A DNA stretch of 64,000 bases from Malacoraja senta (lineage: Eukaryota): contig CM075989.1 of NCBI GenBank assembly GCA_038087875.1, forward strand, positions 25,174,001 to 25,238,000, given 5' to 3'. Below the pieces are notes generated by a model, which saw only the letters and a list, made by a program, of their open reading frames with translations, was not told the origin of the DNA and did not search any database. This document shows positions 27,751-39,645 of this stretch, piece after piece; position 1 is the first letter of the stretch; the number at the start of each line of letters is the position of its first letter. The translations under genes and the position numbers were made by a program.

Positions 27751-28028
27751 CAGAACCATTGCTGCCCTCTCCTGAGCTCTACCTCTGAAAACACAGTGGC
27801 ATCCACACTGAACTAGAAACTAAATCACAGCATGAAACTCAGATGTTCTCATGTTCTAATAGTTAGATGGTGGAATGTAACATTTTTATGCAATATCCAA
27901 TTGAGTTTCAGTATAAACATTACCCTGCATTAATGTCCATAGCCAGCGTAAAATCTGCTGTTACTCTGGAGGCTGCAAGTGGTTGCAGATTCCAATCTTT
28001 AACTTGCAAATCCATTTCTTCATTTCAG

Positions 28029-28142
28029 GTTCCGTTCCCTCCCGGTGTGGTGAACATCGTTCCAGGATTTGGACCCACCGCTGGGGCGGCAATAGCCTGC
28101 CACAGAGACATCGATAAAGTTGCCTTCACTGGCTCTACCGAG
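28029..28142 (+). CDS. ALDH1A3: ALDH1A3 coding exon 7 ([38 protein letters not shown])
   Basis: tttcag acceptor, GAG|gtatca donor, 114 nt. Contains the NAD-binding FTGSTE motif. Confidence 0.95.
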
Positions 28143-28337
28143 GTATCACAGCACCTGTAGAAGCACACAACACTATCACACCAATGCAGGGAGGCCCAAC
28201 TTCTCACTAATGCAGTCCAATGTATCTCTGGTGAAGACAAGGTCAGAGACCTTGATCTTCACATCAGGGAGGACAGTGAGGGAGGTGTAGGATCTCCTGC
28301 TGACCTCATTGTCTTCCTGTTGTTGCCGTGTTGACAG

Positions 28338-28440
28338 GTGGGAAAGTCTATCATGGAAGCGGCCTCCAGAAGTAACCTGAAGAGAGTGACCCTGGAGCTC
28401 GGCGGCAAGAACCCCCTCATCGTGTTCGCCGACTCGGATT
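28338..28440 (+). CDS. ALDH1A3: ALDH1A3 coding exon 8 ([34 protein letters not shown])
   Basis: ttgacag acceptor, T|gtaaga donor, 103 nt. Contains the catalytic Glu motif [18 protein letters not shown] resembles ALDH1A3. Confidence 0.95.
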
Positions 28441-28721
28441 GTAAGAAAAAGCCTCTTTTGTCTTTTTTTAATGAATTTCATGATGTTACATCAAACCATG
28501 ATCAAATTGTGTTTCAGTCGATTAAAACTCAGGGTGTTATGAATCTTGGGAAGTGCCAAACTCTGGTGGCATAGACGGGGCAAACGAGGTCAATTTGGAT
28601 GCACCCTGGGTCTGCATGGCCGAGTTGGGCCGAGCGGCCTCTTTCCACGCTGGATGTTCTATGACTGTGAATGTGACTTTACGGGTTAAGCGCATTCATC
28701 TCTGAGATCAGTCGATTGTTG

Positions 28722-28970
28722 GGTGAAGAGGAAAAGATTTAATAGGAATCTGACGGGTAACTTTTTCACACAGAGGGTGGTGGGTGTATGGAACGAGCTG
28801 CCAGAGGAGGTAGTTGAGGCTGGGACTATTCCATCGCTTAAGAAACAATTGGACAGGATAGGACAGGTTTGGAGGGATATGGACCAAACGTGGGCAGGTG
28901 GGACTAGTGTAAATGGAGCATGTTGGCCGGTGTGGGCAAGTTGGGCCGAAGGGCCTGTTTCCGTGCTGGG
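28722..28970 (+). mobile_element. CR1/HER1-like 3' end fragment
   Basis: FFTQRVVGVWNELPEEVVEAGT followed by the gggccgaagggcctgtttcc tail shared with the SINEs. Confidence 0.8.
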
Positions 28971-29165
28971 TGAAAGTTGGAACTGTTGAGAAACTATATT
29001 CCAGACTGCAGGATCTTTCCCATTGCTCGACCCTTTGTAAGAGTTGGGCTGGACTGTATTTGTGTATAGTATGCCTGATTAGATTGGGGAGCAGACAGAC
29101 AAAGGCGTTTCAGTGTTCTCTGTAGCTCAGTACGTGGCAATAACCTGGGCCTATTTCCCCCTCAG

Positions 29166-29350
29166 TGGGCTTGGCTGTGGACTGCGCCTCACAAGGGGCT
29201 TTCTTCAACCAGGGCCAGTGCTGCACGGCGGCAGCTCGCATCTTTGTGGAGGAGCCGGTGTACAAGGAGTTTGTGCAACGCAGTGTGGACAGGGTGAAGA
29301 GGAGAGTGGTTGGCAATCCATTCGACCCAAAAACTGAACAAGGACCACAG
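29166..29350 (+). CDS. ALDH1A3: ALDH1A3 coding exon 9 ([62 protein letters not shown])
   Basis: cccctcag acceptor, CAG|gtaaga donor, 185 nt. Contains the catalytic Cys motif FFNQGQCCT. Confidence 0.95.
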
Positions 29351-29416
29351 GTAAGAAAGAGGACGTTACCTGGAGCAGCCGCCAGCGTAGAGAGTGGGGT
29401 TGATGTAGAGTAAAGC

Positions 29417-29622
29417 AGGGCTTGTAGTAACACGGGGCTTGTAGAGTAACAAGGGGCTTGTAGAGTAACACGGGGCTTGTAGAGTAACACGGGGCTTGTA
29501 GAGTAACACGGGGCTTGTAGAGTAACACGGGGCTTGTAGAGTAACACGGGGCTTGTAGAGTAACACGGGGCTTGTAGAGTAACAAGGGGCTTGTAGAGTG
29601 ACACGGGGCTTGTCGAGTGACA
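29417..29622. repeat. 19-bp minisatellite (ggggcttgtagagtaacac), about 10 copies
   Basis: Directly visible in the sequence. Confidence 0.95.
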
Positions 29623-30930
29623 CAGTACTAACGCAAAACTGTGATGGTGAAAGACCTCATGGAGTGGGGGGGGGGGATTATCTTGGTTGGTGCGTATAGG
29701 TGAGACTAATCTGTGCAGTGCAGTAGCTTGGTTCATCCCAGTAGTACAAAGTGAATGATCCCAGAGGTGAGGGAGTAATCAAGAAGAGGATGGATTATCC
29801 CATGAGAGAATGGCTTAACATCAGCGGTGGATACATTATTCTGGGAGAGGGTGGGATATAGGTGAGAGGGGACAGAGGAAGGGGAAAGGGAGGAATGGGT
29901 GTGCACGCAGGTGCGGTACAGGGAAGGGGGGCGTGGGTTGAGGGGGGGGGGAGAAGGGGGGCTGGGGGGTGTTTGTAGATTAATTACCTAAACCAGGTTG
30001 TAGGTTAGTTTCTAACACAGGGGTAAATCTTTAAATTGTCTCACTCTGAGATTTTCTATCACTCTGACCATAATGTGGAATGTCCAGGCCAGGACTGCAC
30101 GGTCACTCTATGGTCAGTGTAAACGGCTGTGATGTGTAACGGGCAGCTTATCCCATTGTACACCATGGTCCTGGGGCACGAGAGGTGCCCTGTTGTGTAG
30201 GTAGAGGGGTGTTTCAGCAACATTCCAGCTGATTGACTCTCATTACATGTAGCTGAAACTGGTAGCAGATAGATAAATATCCCTAAATCAGGTTGACTTG
30301 GATTGAATTGATTGAAAAGTACAGCCTGGAAAGAGGCCCTTTGGCCCACTGAGTCCATGCCGACCTTGATCACCTGTTCACACCAGCTCCTCATCCTGTA
30401 GCAATTTAAACTACAAAAACCGCGTGCCTCAGGGATGTGAAAGTAAACCGGAGCACCCAGCGGAAACCCATCTGGTCATGGGGAGAACATGCAAACTCCA
30501 CACAGACAACACCCGAGGTCAGGATCAAACCCAGGTCTCTGGTGCTCTACCCACTGCGCCACTGTGCTGCCCAGATACAATAAACTCAGTGCCTTCACAA
30601 GTTTAATTAAATAGAGAAAAAATTACATTCTTGTTTACGTTCAAACAGGATTAGATTAAACTATTCCATGTGATATTCCGTGACCATCAATGAACATAAT
30701 TTCTAAAGTTAATTAGACAGATATATGGACAGGAAGGGTTTGAGGGATCTGGGCAAATTGCAGGCAAATGGGACTAGCCCTGAATGCCAACTTGGTCGGC
30801 ATGGACAAGTTGGGCCGAAGGGCCTGTTTCCATGCTGTACAACTTTGTGACTTTATAAAGCACTGTTTACACCCGTAACGCCGGTGGTCTCACACCTCTT
30901 CCCCACCTCTATTTCTCTCCACCCACACAG

Positions 30931-31095
30931 ATCGACCAAGACCAGTTTGACAAAATCCTGGAGCTGATCGAGAGTGGCAAGAGTGAAGGAGCGCGGCTGG
31001 AATCTGGCGGCGGTGCCTACGGGGACGAGGGCCACTACATTCAGCCCACCATCTTCTCCGAGGTGACGGACTCCATGCGCATCGCTAAGGAGGAG
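30931..31095 (+). CDS. ALDH1A3: ALDH1A3 coding exon 10 ([55 protein letters not shown])
   Basis: cacacag acceptor, GAG|gtatgt donor, 165 nt. Confidence 0.95.
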
Positions 31096-31184
31096 GTATG
31101 TATGTCCACGGCAACCAGACTTGTCAATGAGAACCTTACATCCACCAGTACACGTACGTAACCAGTATCTGTCCTGTGCTGCAG

Positions 31185-31342
31185 ATCTTTGGGCCAGTCC
31201 AAGTGATAATGAAGTTTAAGAGCATGGAGGAGGTGATCAGAAGAGCCAACAGCAGTGAGTTTGGGCTGACTGCAGGAGTGTTCACCACCAGCATCGACCG
31301 AGCAATGGCCGTGGCCAAGGCCCTGCAGTCTGGAACCGTCTG
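31185..31342 (+). CDS. ALDH1A3: ALDH1A3 coding exon 11 ([53 protein letters not shown])
   Basis: ctgcag acceptor after an 89-nt intron, TG|gtaaac donor, 158 nt. Completes the EEIFGPV motif. Confidence 0.95.
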
Positions 31343-31582
31343 GTAAACCTCAACAGCATGGACACAGGCCCTTCGGCCCACCGAGTCTGTGTCGACCATC
31401 AATCACCCGTTCGCACTAGTTCTATCTTATACCATTTTCCCATCCACTCCCTACACACTAGGGAAAACGCTCTCATCTATCGATTACCCTTCTTAATCAG
31501 TCCCTCGCTGTCAAGAAAGATTGGCTTCGAGAGTCATAGAGTGATACAGCTTGGAAACAACTTGCCCATGTCATCCAACAAG

Positions 31583-32441
31583 CCCCATCTACACTAGTCC
31601 CACCCCGACCAACATGCCCCATCTACACTAGTCCCACCCCGACCAACATGCCCCATCTACACTAGTCCCACCCCGACCAACATGCCCCATCTACACTAGT
31701 CCCACCCCGACCAACATGCCCCATCTACACTAGTCCCACCCCGACCAACATGCCCCATCTACACTAGTCCCACCCCGACCAACATGCCCCACCTACACTA
31801 GTCCCACCCCGACCAACATGCCCCACCTACACTAGTCCCACCCCGACCAACATGCCCCATCTACACTAGTCCCACCCCGACCAACATGCCCCATCTACAC
31901 TAGTCCCACCCCGACCAACATGCCCCACCTACACTAGTCCCACCCCGACCAACATGCCCCATCTACACTAGTCCCACCCCGACCAACATGCCCCATCTAC
32001 ACTAGTCCCACCCCGACCAACATGCCCCATCTACACTAGTCCCACCCGAACCAACATGCCCCATCTACACTAGTCCCACCCCGACCAACATGCCCCATCT
32101 ACTCTAGTCCCACCCCAACCAACATGCCCCATCTACACTAGTCCCACCCCGACCAACATGCCCCATCTACACTAGTCCCATCCTGACCAACGTGCCCCAT
32201 CTACACTAGTCCCACCCCGACCAACATGCCCCATCTACACTAGTCCCACCCCAACCAATGTGCCCCATCTACACTAGTCCCACCACAACCAACATGCCCC
32301 ATCTACACTAGTCCCACCACGGCCAGCACTAGTCCCACCCCGACCAACATGCCCCATCTACACTAGTCCCACCCCGACCAACGTGCCCCATCTACACTAG
32401 TCCCACCACGGCCAGCATGCCCCATCTACACTAGTCCCACC
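31583..32441. repeat. 34-bp minisatellite (ccccatctacactagtcccaccccgaccaacatg), about 25 copies, inside a minus-strand CR1 3' end
   Basis: Directly visible. The LINE sequence continues at 32442-32830. Confidence 0.95.
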
Positions 32442-33190
32442 TGCCTGTGTTTGGCCCATTTCCCTCTAAACCCATCCCATCCAAATACCCGTCCAAATGT
32501 TTTTAAACATTTGTGATACCTCCTCTGCCAGCTCATTCCATACACCCACCGCCCTTTATGTAAAAACAGTTGCCCTTCAGGTTCATATTAAATCTCTCCC
32601 CTCTCACCTTAAACCTATGTCCTCTGGTTTTTGATTCACCGACTCTGGGCAAGAGACTCTCTGCAAGATTCACTATCTATTCCCCTGTCTGTGTGGAATG
32701 TGCATGTTCTCCCCGTGACCACGATTTTATACACCTCTTTAAGATCACACCTCATCCTCCTATGCTCCAAGGAATAGTCCTAGCCTGACCAACATCTCCC
32801 TGTAAGGCAGGCTCTCGAATCCTGGTAACATCTATCTGTCATTAGCCAAGGATTCCCATGAGTGGGTGGGGATGGAGCCTAGTCCAGTCACACTTGTCCA
32901 CCCACATCCCCCGAGGAATGACGCCAACAGGTGACCTTGTGGGACCTGGACCCAGCTCTGCCTCGTGACCATTGTGCCTGTACTTGCCTTAACCCGGGAG
33001 TGAGTAACAAACACTCGCTCCGACACAGCGACTCAGGAGGCTGCCTGGAGCACAGTGGCCAGAAGGTGGCGATCACCACTGGCCACCTGTCCAGTGCTTT
33101 GGTAAAGAGATACAGCAATGTTGGGAAGTTTGGTTTAGGGATAGAGCATGGAGATTTAGTCGTTTAATAGACTTTTGTCTTCCTTTACAG

Positions 33191-33265
33191 GATCAACTGC
33201 TATAATGCTCTGCATGTCCAGGCCCCCTTTGGTGGCTTCAAAATGTCTGGAAATGGAAGAGAAAT
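33191..33265 (+). CDS. ALDH1A3: ALDH1A3 coding exon 12 ([25 protein letters not shown])
   Basis: tttacag acceptor, AT|gtaaga donor, 75 nt. Contains the PFGGFKMSG motif. Confidence 0.95.
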
Positions 33266-33369
33266 GTAAGAATGTAGTACTTTAACTTTTGTTTGAATTC
33301 CAGATCTGTGGGTCTCAGTTATTCCCATTACAGAACGTTCTAGAATTCTTCCCAGTCTGGCAGCGCGGT

Positions 33370-33634
33370 TTTGGTATAGAGATGCAGCGCGGCCCACCAA
33401 GTTGGCACCGACCAGCGATCCCCGCACATTAACACAACACTACACACTAGGGACAATTTTACATTTATACCAAGCCATTTAACCTACAAACCTGGGCGGG
33501 AGGAAAGAAGATCTCAGAGAAAACCCACACAGGTCACAGGGAGAACGTACAAACTCCGTAAAGACAGCACCCATAGTCAGGATCGAACCCAGATCTCTGG
33601 CGCTGTAAGGCAGCAACTCTACCACTGCGCCACC
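33370..33634 (-). mobile_element. V-SINE (HE1-like)
   Basis: Reverse-complement head ggtggcgcagtggtagagttgctgcc and box B. Confidence 0.8.
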
Positions 33635-33635
33635 C

Positions 33636-33890
33636 AAGGTTTGAAAAGGTTCAGAACAAATCAGAGCTGACAGCAATGACTGAGGAAATGTGAAGCCCAC
33701 AATGGTCCATTATTGGGTGTGGAAGAGGTGATAATGAAGGGATATTTGGATGCAAACGGGAACTCGCAGGATAACTGGGATGTGGAGGAGCGGAGAGAGA
33801 AGGAATGAAAGGCTTACTTGAAATTAGAGAACTCAATATTCATATCCTTGTGTTGTAAACTGTCAAAGCAAAATACAAGGTGCTGTTCCA
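33636..33890 (-). mobile_element. Penelope-like element fragment: GIY-YIG endonuclease C-terminus plus 3' UTR
   Basis: Minus-strand EQHLVFCFDSLQHKDMNIEFSNFK* resembles the PLE terminal E-Q-x-x-I-x-x-L-x-[ST]-L-x-P-x-G-[LM]-N motif. The downstream UTR recurs at 39580-39640, joined to the hammerhead-bearing repeat. Confidence 0.68.
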
Positions 33891-36015
33891 CCAGGAAACC
33901 CACGTGAGCACATTCCACACAGACAGCACCCGAGGTCAGGATCGAACCTGGGTCTCTGGTGCTGTGAGGCAGTGACTGCACCCGCTGCGCCACTGTGTCT
34001 GCCTTCAGTGTTGGGCATTGTCCCAGAGTAGGAGTTGTGTGAACCCCTCTATCCCGTCTGTCTTTAGTACTCAAGATCCTTCACTCCCATCCCCACATCC
34101 TTCATGACGGCAGGTTGTAGGGAAGTCACTCTCAGTGGAAGGGGATGTGGCAGGTTAGTCCGAGGGCTCTCAGAACTGAAACAAAAGGTCCAATGTTTAT
34201 CCAATTGCCGCTTGTCGACATGTACTCCTGAATCTTCTTTCACCATGTCTTCAACAGCAATTTCCAGATCACAGCCACTCACCATTAAAAACAGAAATCG
34301 GTGCATCTTCCCCAAAATACTCTCGTGCCTTGCTCTCCAATGCGGTATTGTGCCTTGTTGCTGTTTTGTATATTTGTACCAGAACAGGGCGACCATGTAT
34401 TGGTTTATTATTGTTGAGTAACCAAGATACTATCCAGTCCAATCATACTATACATGAGTATAATCAACCCATGTAGAAGTACAACAGGTAGTGTGAAGAG
34501 AAAAAACCCAGAGTGCAGAATATAGTGTTACAGCATCACAGCACAGAGAAAGTGCAGATTTAAAAAAGTGCAAGGGTCCCAATAAAGTAGGTTGGAAGAT
34601 TGAGACTATAGCTTTAGCTTATAAGTACAGCATACAATATCTAAACTTGAATATTAGCTTCTCTTGTTTCACTTAGTGTCTTGTTGTTCAGTTGATCTTG
34701 TGTTGACCTTGTGATGTTATAGAAATCCTAAATGCATCACAGAGGTGGAAATCTGTCTCCTCGAGCAACAGACTGAAGGTACGAAGGATTTAACACCAGA
34801 GACTCACTGAGCAGTTATGCTTCAGCAAAGAGGCAGGGTGGAGCACTCCCTCCTCACCCTCTCCGAACGATGGGCTGAGGCAGAGTTGTCTCCACATTAA
34901 TCACCTCACCGCCTTTAACTCACATTGGATTTGCACCTTTGAACATCAGTTAAACACGAGCCCTGCGTGATTCTATGTCTGTCCCAGTCTCATTTAGATT
35001 GAACCAGACTGAGACCTGTTTGCAGTTAGTATGTATAAATAAGATGATTAAATCCCAGTCCATCAGATGACTTAGTCCCTGGCTACTCAGTTACTAAACA
35101 GGATGCTCACAGTTTTACAGGGCTAAGTCTGCTCTCAAAGTATCTGTTACCAATAATTAGTGGATCAAATTAGCTTCCAAAAATGTTTTTAATTTGTGAT
35201 TTTACCACAATCTCACAAAGCCTGATAATTAGCTGTGAATGATGTCTTGTGGTAATAATCATTTCCCATCCCTGCTGTTTGAGAGAAGCATAAACAGGAT
35301 GAAATTATATTATTTGTCCCTAAAAGGTTAGCTGCCATGTAAGGTTTATAGCTATTGTCACCTTACATAGAACACTACAGCACTGGAACAGGCCCTTCGG
35401 CCCACAATGTCTGTACTGAACGTGATGCCAAGTTAGTGATCTCATCTACCTGTACATAGTACAGCACAGAAACAGGCTCTTCGGCCCATCTTCTTCCATT
35501 TGATTGCCAGCTACTTGTTCACAATTTATATTAGTTTTAGATTTATTGAGACCGAAGCAGGAAAGTCCAGCCAGACTGAGAACCCCTTGGTCACGTGGTT
35601 TCCTCCCTCCACACTAGGATGCTGCTCCTTGCTGCCTCGTTGCTGATGCTGATAAACTGTGTGGTGATGGAGCCGGGCAGAGGATGCAGTGGGTCACGTT
35701 AAATAGGAAGTAAACACAGTGAAAGTGATTGAGAATCAAAACATCTATAGGTGCTGGAAGCCTCAATGAAGAACAGAAAATACTGTAAACACTCAGCAGG
35801 TCAAGCAGTGTCTGTGGAAAGAGAGAGGGAGTAACGCTTCACACTAAAGACCTTCATCAGTCGAGAGTATTGATGTATTTCTATTTCACACTGCAATATG
35901 CAAAGATGCTGGAAATTAATTCCTTATCTGGTGATAAGTATCACACTTCACTGATTGCCACTGGTTCTCTCTCCATTGCTACAGTTCACTGTAACATCCT
36001 GTGCCTACAATATTT

Positions 36016-36603
36016 AGGCTGATGCCCATACACACCTGTGTTCACTAGGCTGATGCCCATACACACCTGTGTTCACTAGGCTGATGCCCATACACACCTG
36101 TGTTCACTAGGCTGATGCCCATACACACCTGTATTCACTACTTAGGCTGATGCCCATACACACCTGTGTTCACTAGGCTGGTGCCTGTACACACCTGTAT
36201 TCACTAGGCTGATGCCCATACACACCTGTATTCACTAGGCTGATGCCCATACACACCTGTATTCACTAGGCTGATGCCCATACACACCTGTGTTCACTAG
36301 GCTGATGCCCATACACACCTGTATTCACTATTTAGGCTGATGCCCATACACACCTGTGTTCACTAGGCTGATGCCCATACACACATGTGTTCACTAGGCT
36401 GATGCCCATACACACCTGTGTTCACTAGGCTGATGCCTGTACACACCTGTATTCACTAGGCTGATGCCCATACACACCTGTGTTCACTAGGCTGATGCCC
36501 ATACACACCTGTGTTCACTAGGCTGATGCCTGTACACACCTGTGTTCACTAGGCTGATGCCTGTACACACCTGTATTCACTAGGCTGATGCCTGTACACA
36601 CCT
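36016..36603. repeat. 31-bp minisatellite (aggctgatgcccatacacacctgtgttcact), about 19 copies
   Basis: Directly visible. Ends 36 nt before the last ALDH1A3 exon. Confidence 0.95.
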
Positions 36604-36639
36604 GGTGGGCACTGATGTTTATTGTACTGTTCACTGCAG

Positions 36640-36712
36640 GGGTGAATATGGACTGAAGGAGTACACAGAAGTAAAAACTGTCACCATCAAAATCTCACAG
36701 AAGTGCCAATAA
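36640..36712 (+). CDS. ALDH1A3: ALDH1A3 last coding exon 13 (GEYGLKEYTEVKTVTIKISQKCQ*)
   Basis: actgcag acceptor, TAA at 36710-36712. Exons 2-13 sum to 1440 nt without a frameshift. Position immediately upstream of LRRK1 on the same strand supports orthology to ALDH1A3. Confidence 0.93.
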
Positions 36713-37214
36713 ACTGGAGAAGTGGAGACTGAAATGGTACCAGAGGGAGTCTGGAGAAAAGCTGAAAGATGAAGAACAACAAGGACACTGACAAAATCGA
36801 GTTTTATAACTGGGCAAAAGCTTTAAGTTCTTAAAAAATAATTTCTGACTTTGCACAAAGAAAATATTTTTATATTTCCTTTTAAAACATAGATTTAACC
36901 TGATATTAGCGTTTTCAGTCAGTGTTGCCAGTGACTGAAGGAGACTGTCTATAGTCCTCATACATAGGACCGTTTTTTGGCCGGCAGAAGCTGGCATAAA
37001 TTGGCAAATACCCATCATTCACTGGGACCCCTTCAATCACACAAGGCACAATGCCAGGGCGGCTGGGATTATGTCATGCCATTAACATAGAGCACTTCAA
37101 ACCCCCTCCCAGAGGATGATAAGCAATCACTGGAGCACGTGTTTCCCAAATTCCCCAAGGGTCTGTACATCAACTTTGAAAAATCATTTTTTGTATCTAA
37201 TTCTTGAACATAGA

Positions 37215-37220
37215 AATAAA
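37215..37220 (+). terminator. Candidate ALDH1A3 polyadenylation signal AATAAA (alternatives at 36708-36713 and 38434-38439)
   Basis: AATAAA hexamers downstream of the stop codon. Usage cannot be determined from sequence. Confidence 0.3.
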
Positions 37221-37509
37221 TGTATTTTAAACCTTCCAAGTCTGAATCTTTGAGTGAAGGCATTGGAACATTTATCGTCCGGCTCTTCCGTGGTGACTGT
37301 TCACAGTGACACTTTGCTTCGGTTGGGGATAGTAAATGTTGACTACCGGGAAATGCCTTGTGTTTTGGTCTGGATTTGATTAATGACCTTCCAGTTTTGG
37401 TGATCTCTGGAGCAATGTTTGGCCATAAGTTATTGTTTGAATTATGGGAATTTCCTCCCAAATTTGAAAATACTTTTCTTTATAACATTGTGGTAAGAGT
37501 GTGAGATTA

Positions 37510-37945
37510 AGGTCATAAATGATAGGAGCAGAATTATGCCATTCGGCCCATCGAGTCTACTCCGCCATTCAATCATGGCTGATCTATTTCTCCCTCCTAA
37601 CCACATTCACCTGCCTTCTCCCCATAACCCTTGACACCCTAGTTCACAAGTTATAGGAGTAGAATGAGACTATTTGGCCCATCGGGTCTACTCCGCCATT
37701 CAATCATGGCTGATCTCTGCCTCCTAATCCCATTTTTCTAGCTTCTCCCCATAACCCTTGACGCCTGTTCTAATCAAGAATTTGTCTATCTCTGCTTTAA
37801 AAATATCCACTGACTTGGCCTCCACAGCCCTCTGAGGCAATGAGTTTCATAGATTAACTACCCACTGACTAAAGAAATTCCTTCTCACCTCCTTTTCAAA
37901 AGAGCGCATACTAATCACCCATACTAATCAAGAATCTATCTCTGC
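37510..37945 (-). mobile_element. Two nested or tandem CR1 3' end fragments in the ALDH1A3 3' region
   Basis: Repeated reverse-complement CR1 tail (ctactccgccattcaatcatggctgatct...ttctccccataacccttga). Confidence 0.75.
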
Positions 37946-39410
37946 CTTAAAAATATCGATTGAATAGAAATGTGGAATCAAGGAAGAAGGGAAAAATCAT
38001 TCAATGCAACAAAGATTATTCCTGGCGAGCTGCGGGTACTTTAGCCAACCATGGAACATAACTAGGCTGTTTTGTACATGTTTTGTCTGAAGAAGGGTTT
38101 CGGCCCAAAACGTTGCCTGTTTCCTTCGCTCCATAGATGCTGCCTCACCCGCTGAGTTTCTCCAGCACTTTTGTCTACCTTCGATTTTCCAGCATCTGCA
38201 GTTCCTTCTTAAACAAATGTTTTGTACATAGGTTGTGTCTTCAGCAGAACAGATTAAGGAGACGCTAGCTCCAGATCTTTAATCAGGCAAAAGAAACTGT
38301 TCGTAAGTGTAACACAATTATGAGTTTAAAAGCCTAAAGGCACAGTATTGAGTAACGTTGGATATTTGGCACACCATTACACTTGTCGACAGATGTTTTG
38401 ATATTCTGAATATTCATTTCTAACTCATTAGTGAATAAAAGTTGTAGTGAGAACAATGGCTGCTTCAGAAAACAGAGGCAACATTCTTCCAGAGGTCAAA
38501 GATTTAAGGGGGAGGTTGTTGAGACATTACTATACCAAAATTTAAAAGACATTTGGACAGGCACATGGATAGGAAAGGTTTAGAGGGCTATGGGCCAAAT
38601 GCATGTAGATGGGGCATGTTGGTCGGCATGGGCAAGTTGGAACGAAGTGCCTGTTTCTGTGCTGTGCGACTATGATTCTATGCTGAGGAGTGATTTGGTG
38701 AAAATAAATGAAAGAACAGCTTAAAGGTAGTTACATGAGAAGTTGGAAGGTGTTCAAGCAAGTGAGTAATTCAAAAGTGCTATGTTCCTAATAGAAGAAA
38801 AGGGGAAGTGGCAAAATTAGACCCTATGAGGAAATATTTGGTTGCACAAACCAAATAGAGAAGTTTATGACAAATACTGAAAGTTCAGCATTGCAGAAAG
38901 TGCAAGATGAAACGCAAAAGGAAATTAGGAAGGAGCTGCATGGAAAGAGATTGGTCAGAAAAATCAAAGAAAAGCTTTAACTCATCTGTAAAGATGAGAT
39001 ATGTTATCAAAGAATGTGTCGCTTAAAGTAGCATCTGGTATTGAAAGATGGTTTCATCAATACGTGACATCACATAACACACAAACAAGAAGCTTGTGTT
39101 AAACATGTTTAAGAAGGAACATGTCTATTCAGTCTGATGAAGGGTCTCGACCCAAAACGTCACCTATTTCCTCAGCTGCCTCACCCGCTGAGTTTCTCCA
39201 GCATTTTTGTCCACCTTGTGTTAGACGGGTCAGTTTACAGCTCTGGCACTATGCGCAGTGATGGCCACCACAATACAGGAAGGGTTGGTGGAACTAGTAA
39301 CGGTCCAGAGGAGGTGGGCAGGGATGTTGCCAGGCCTCATGAATGATGTCTCTGTGGAGAAACCCTAAGGATCCAGCTGCTGTCTCAGGAACAAAGGAGA
39401 GTAGTGGAAG

Positions 39411-39645
39411 GTAAACACAATGTGCTGGAGTAACTCAGCGGGTCAGGCAGCATCTCTGGAGAGAAGGAACAGGTGTTGTTTCGGGTCAAGGCCCTTCTTT
39501 AGACAGAGTCAGGAGAAAGGGAAACAAGATATAGAGAAGGTACATAGAACGAATAAATGAAAGATATGCCAAAAGCAATGGTGAAGCCCACACTGGTCCA
39601 TTGTTGGCTGTGGGATAAGGTGATAATGAGTTATACAGAGAGTGG
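39411..39645 (-). mobile_element. Penelope-derived 3' UTR/pseudo-LTR repeat
   Basis: Joins the UTR seen at 33690-33740 to the common gctggagtaactcagcgggtcaggcagcatctctggag repeat and a degenerate hammerhead core. Confidence 0.65.

Noticed and set aside
31583..32441. CRISPR-like appearance of the 34-, 31- and 22-bp arrays
   Set aside because: Units are head-to-tail with no unique spacers, there are no cas genes, and the context is vertebrate intron or intergenic DNA.
9011..36712. Assignment as ALDH1A2, ALDH1A1 or ALDH2
   Set aside because: [34 protein letters not shown] and GLTA, plus adjacency to LRRK1, favour ALDH1A3. A phylogeny would confirm.
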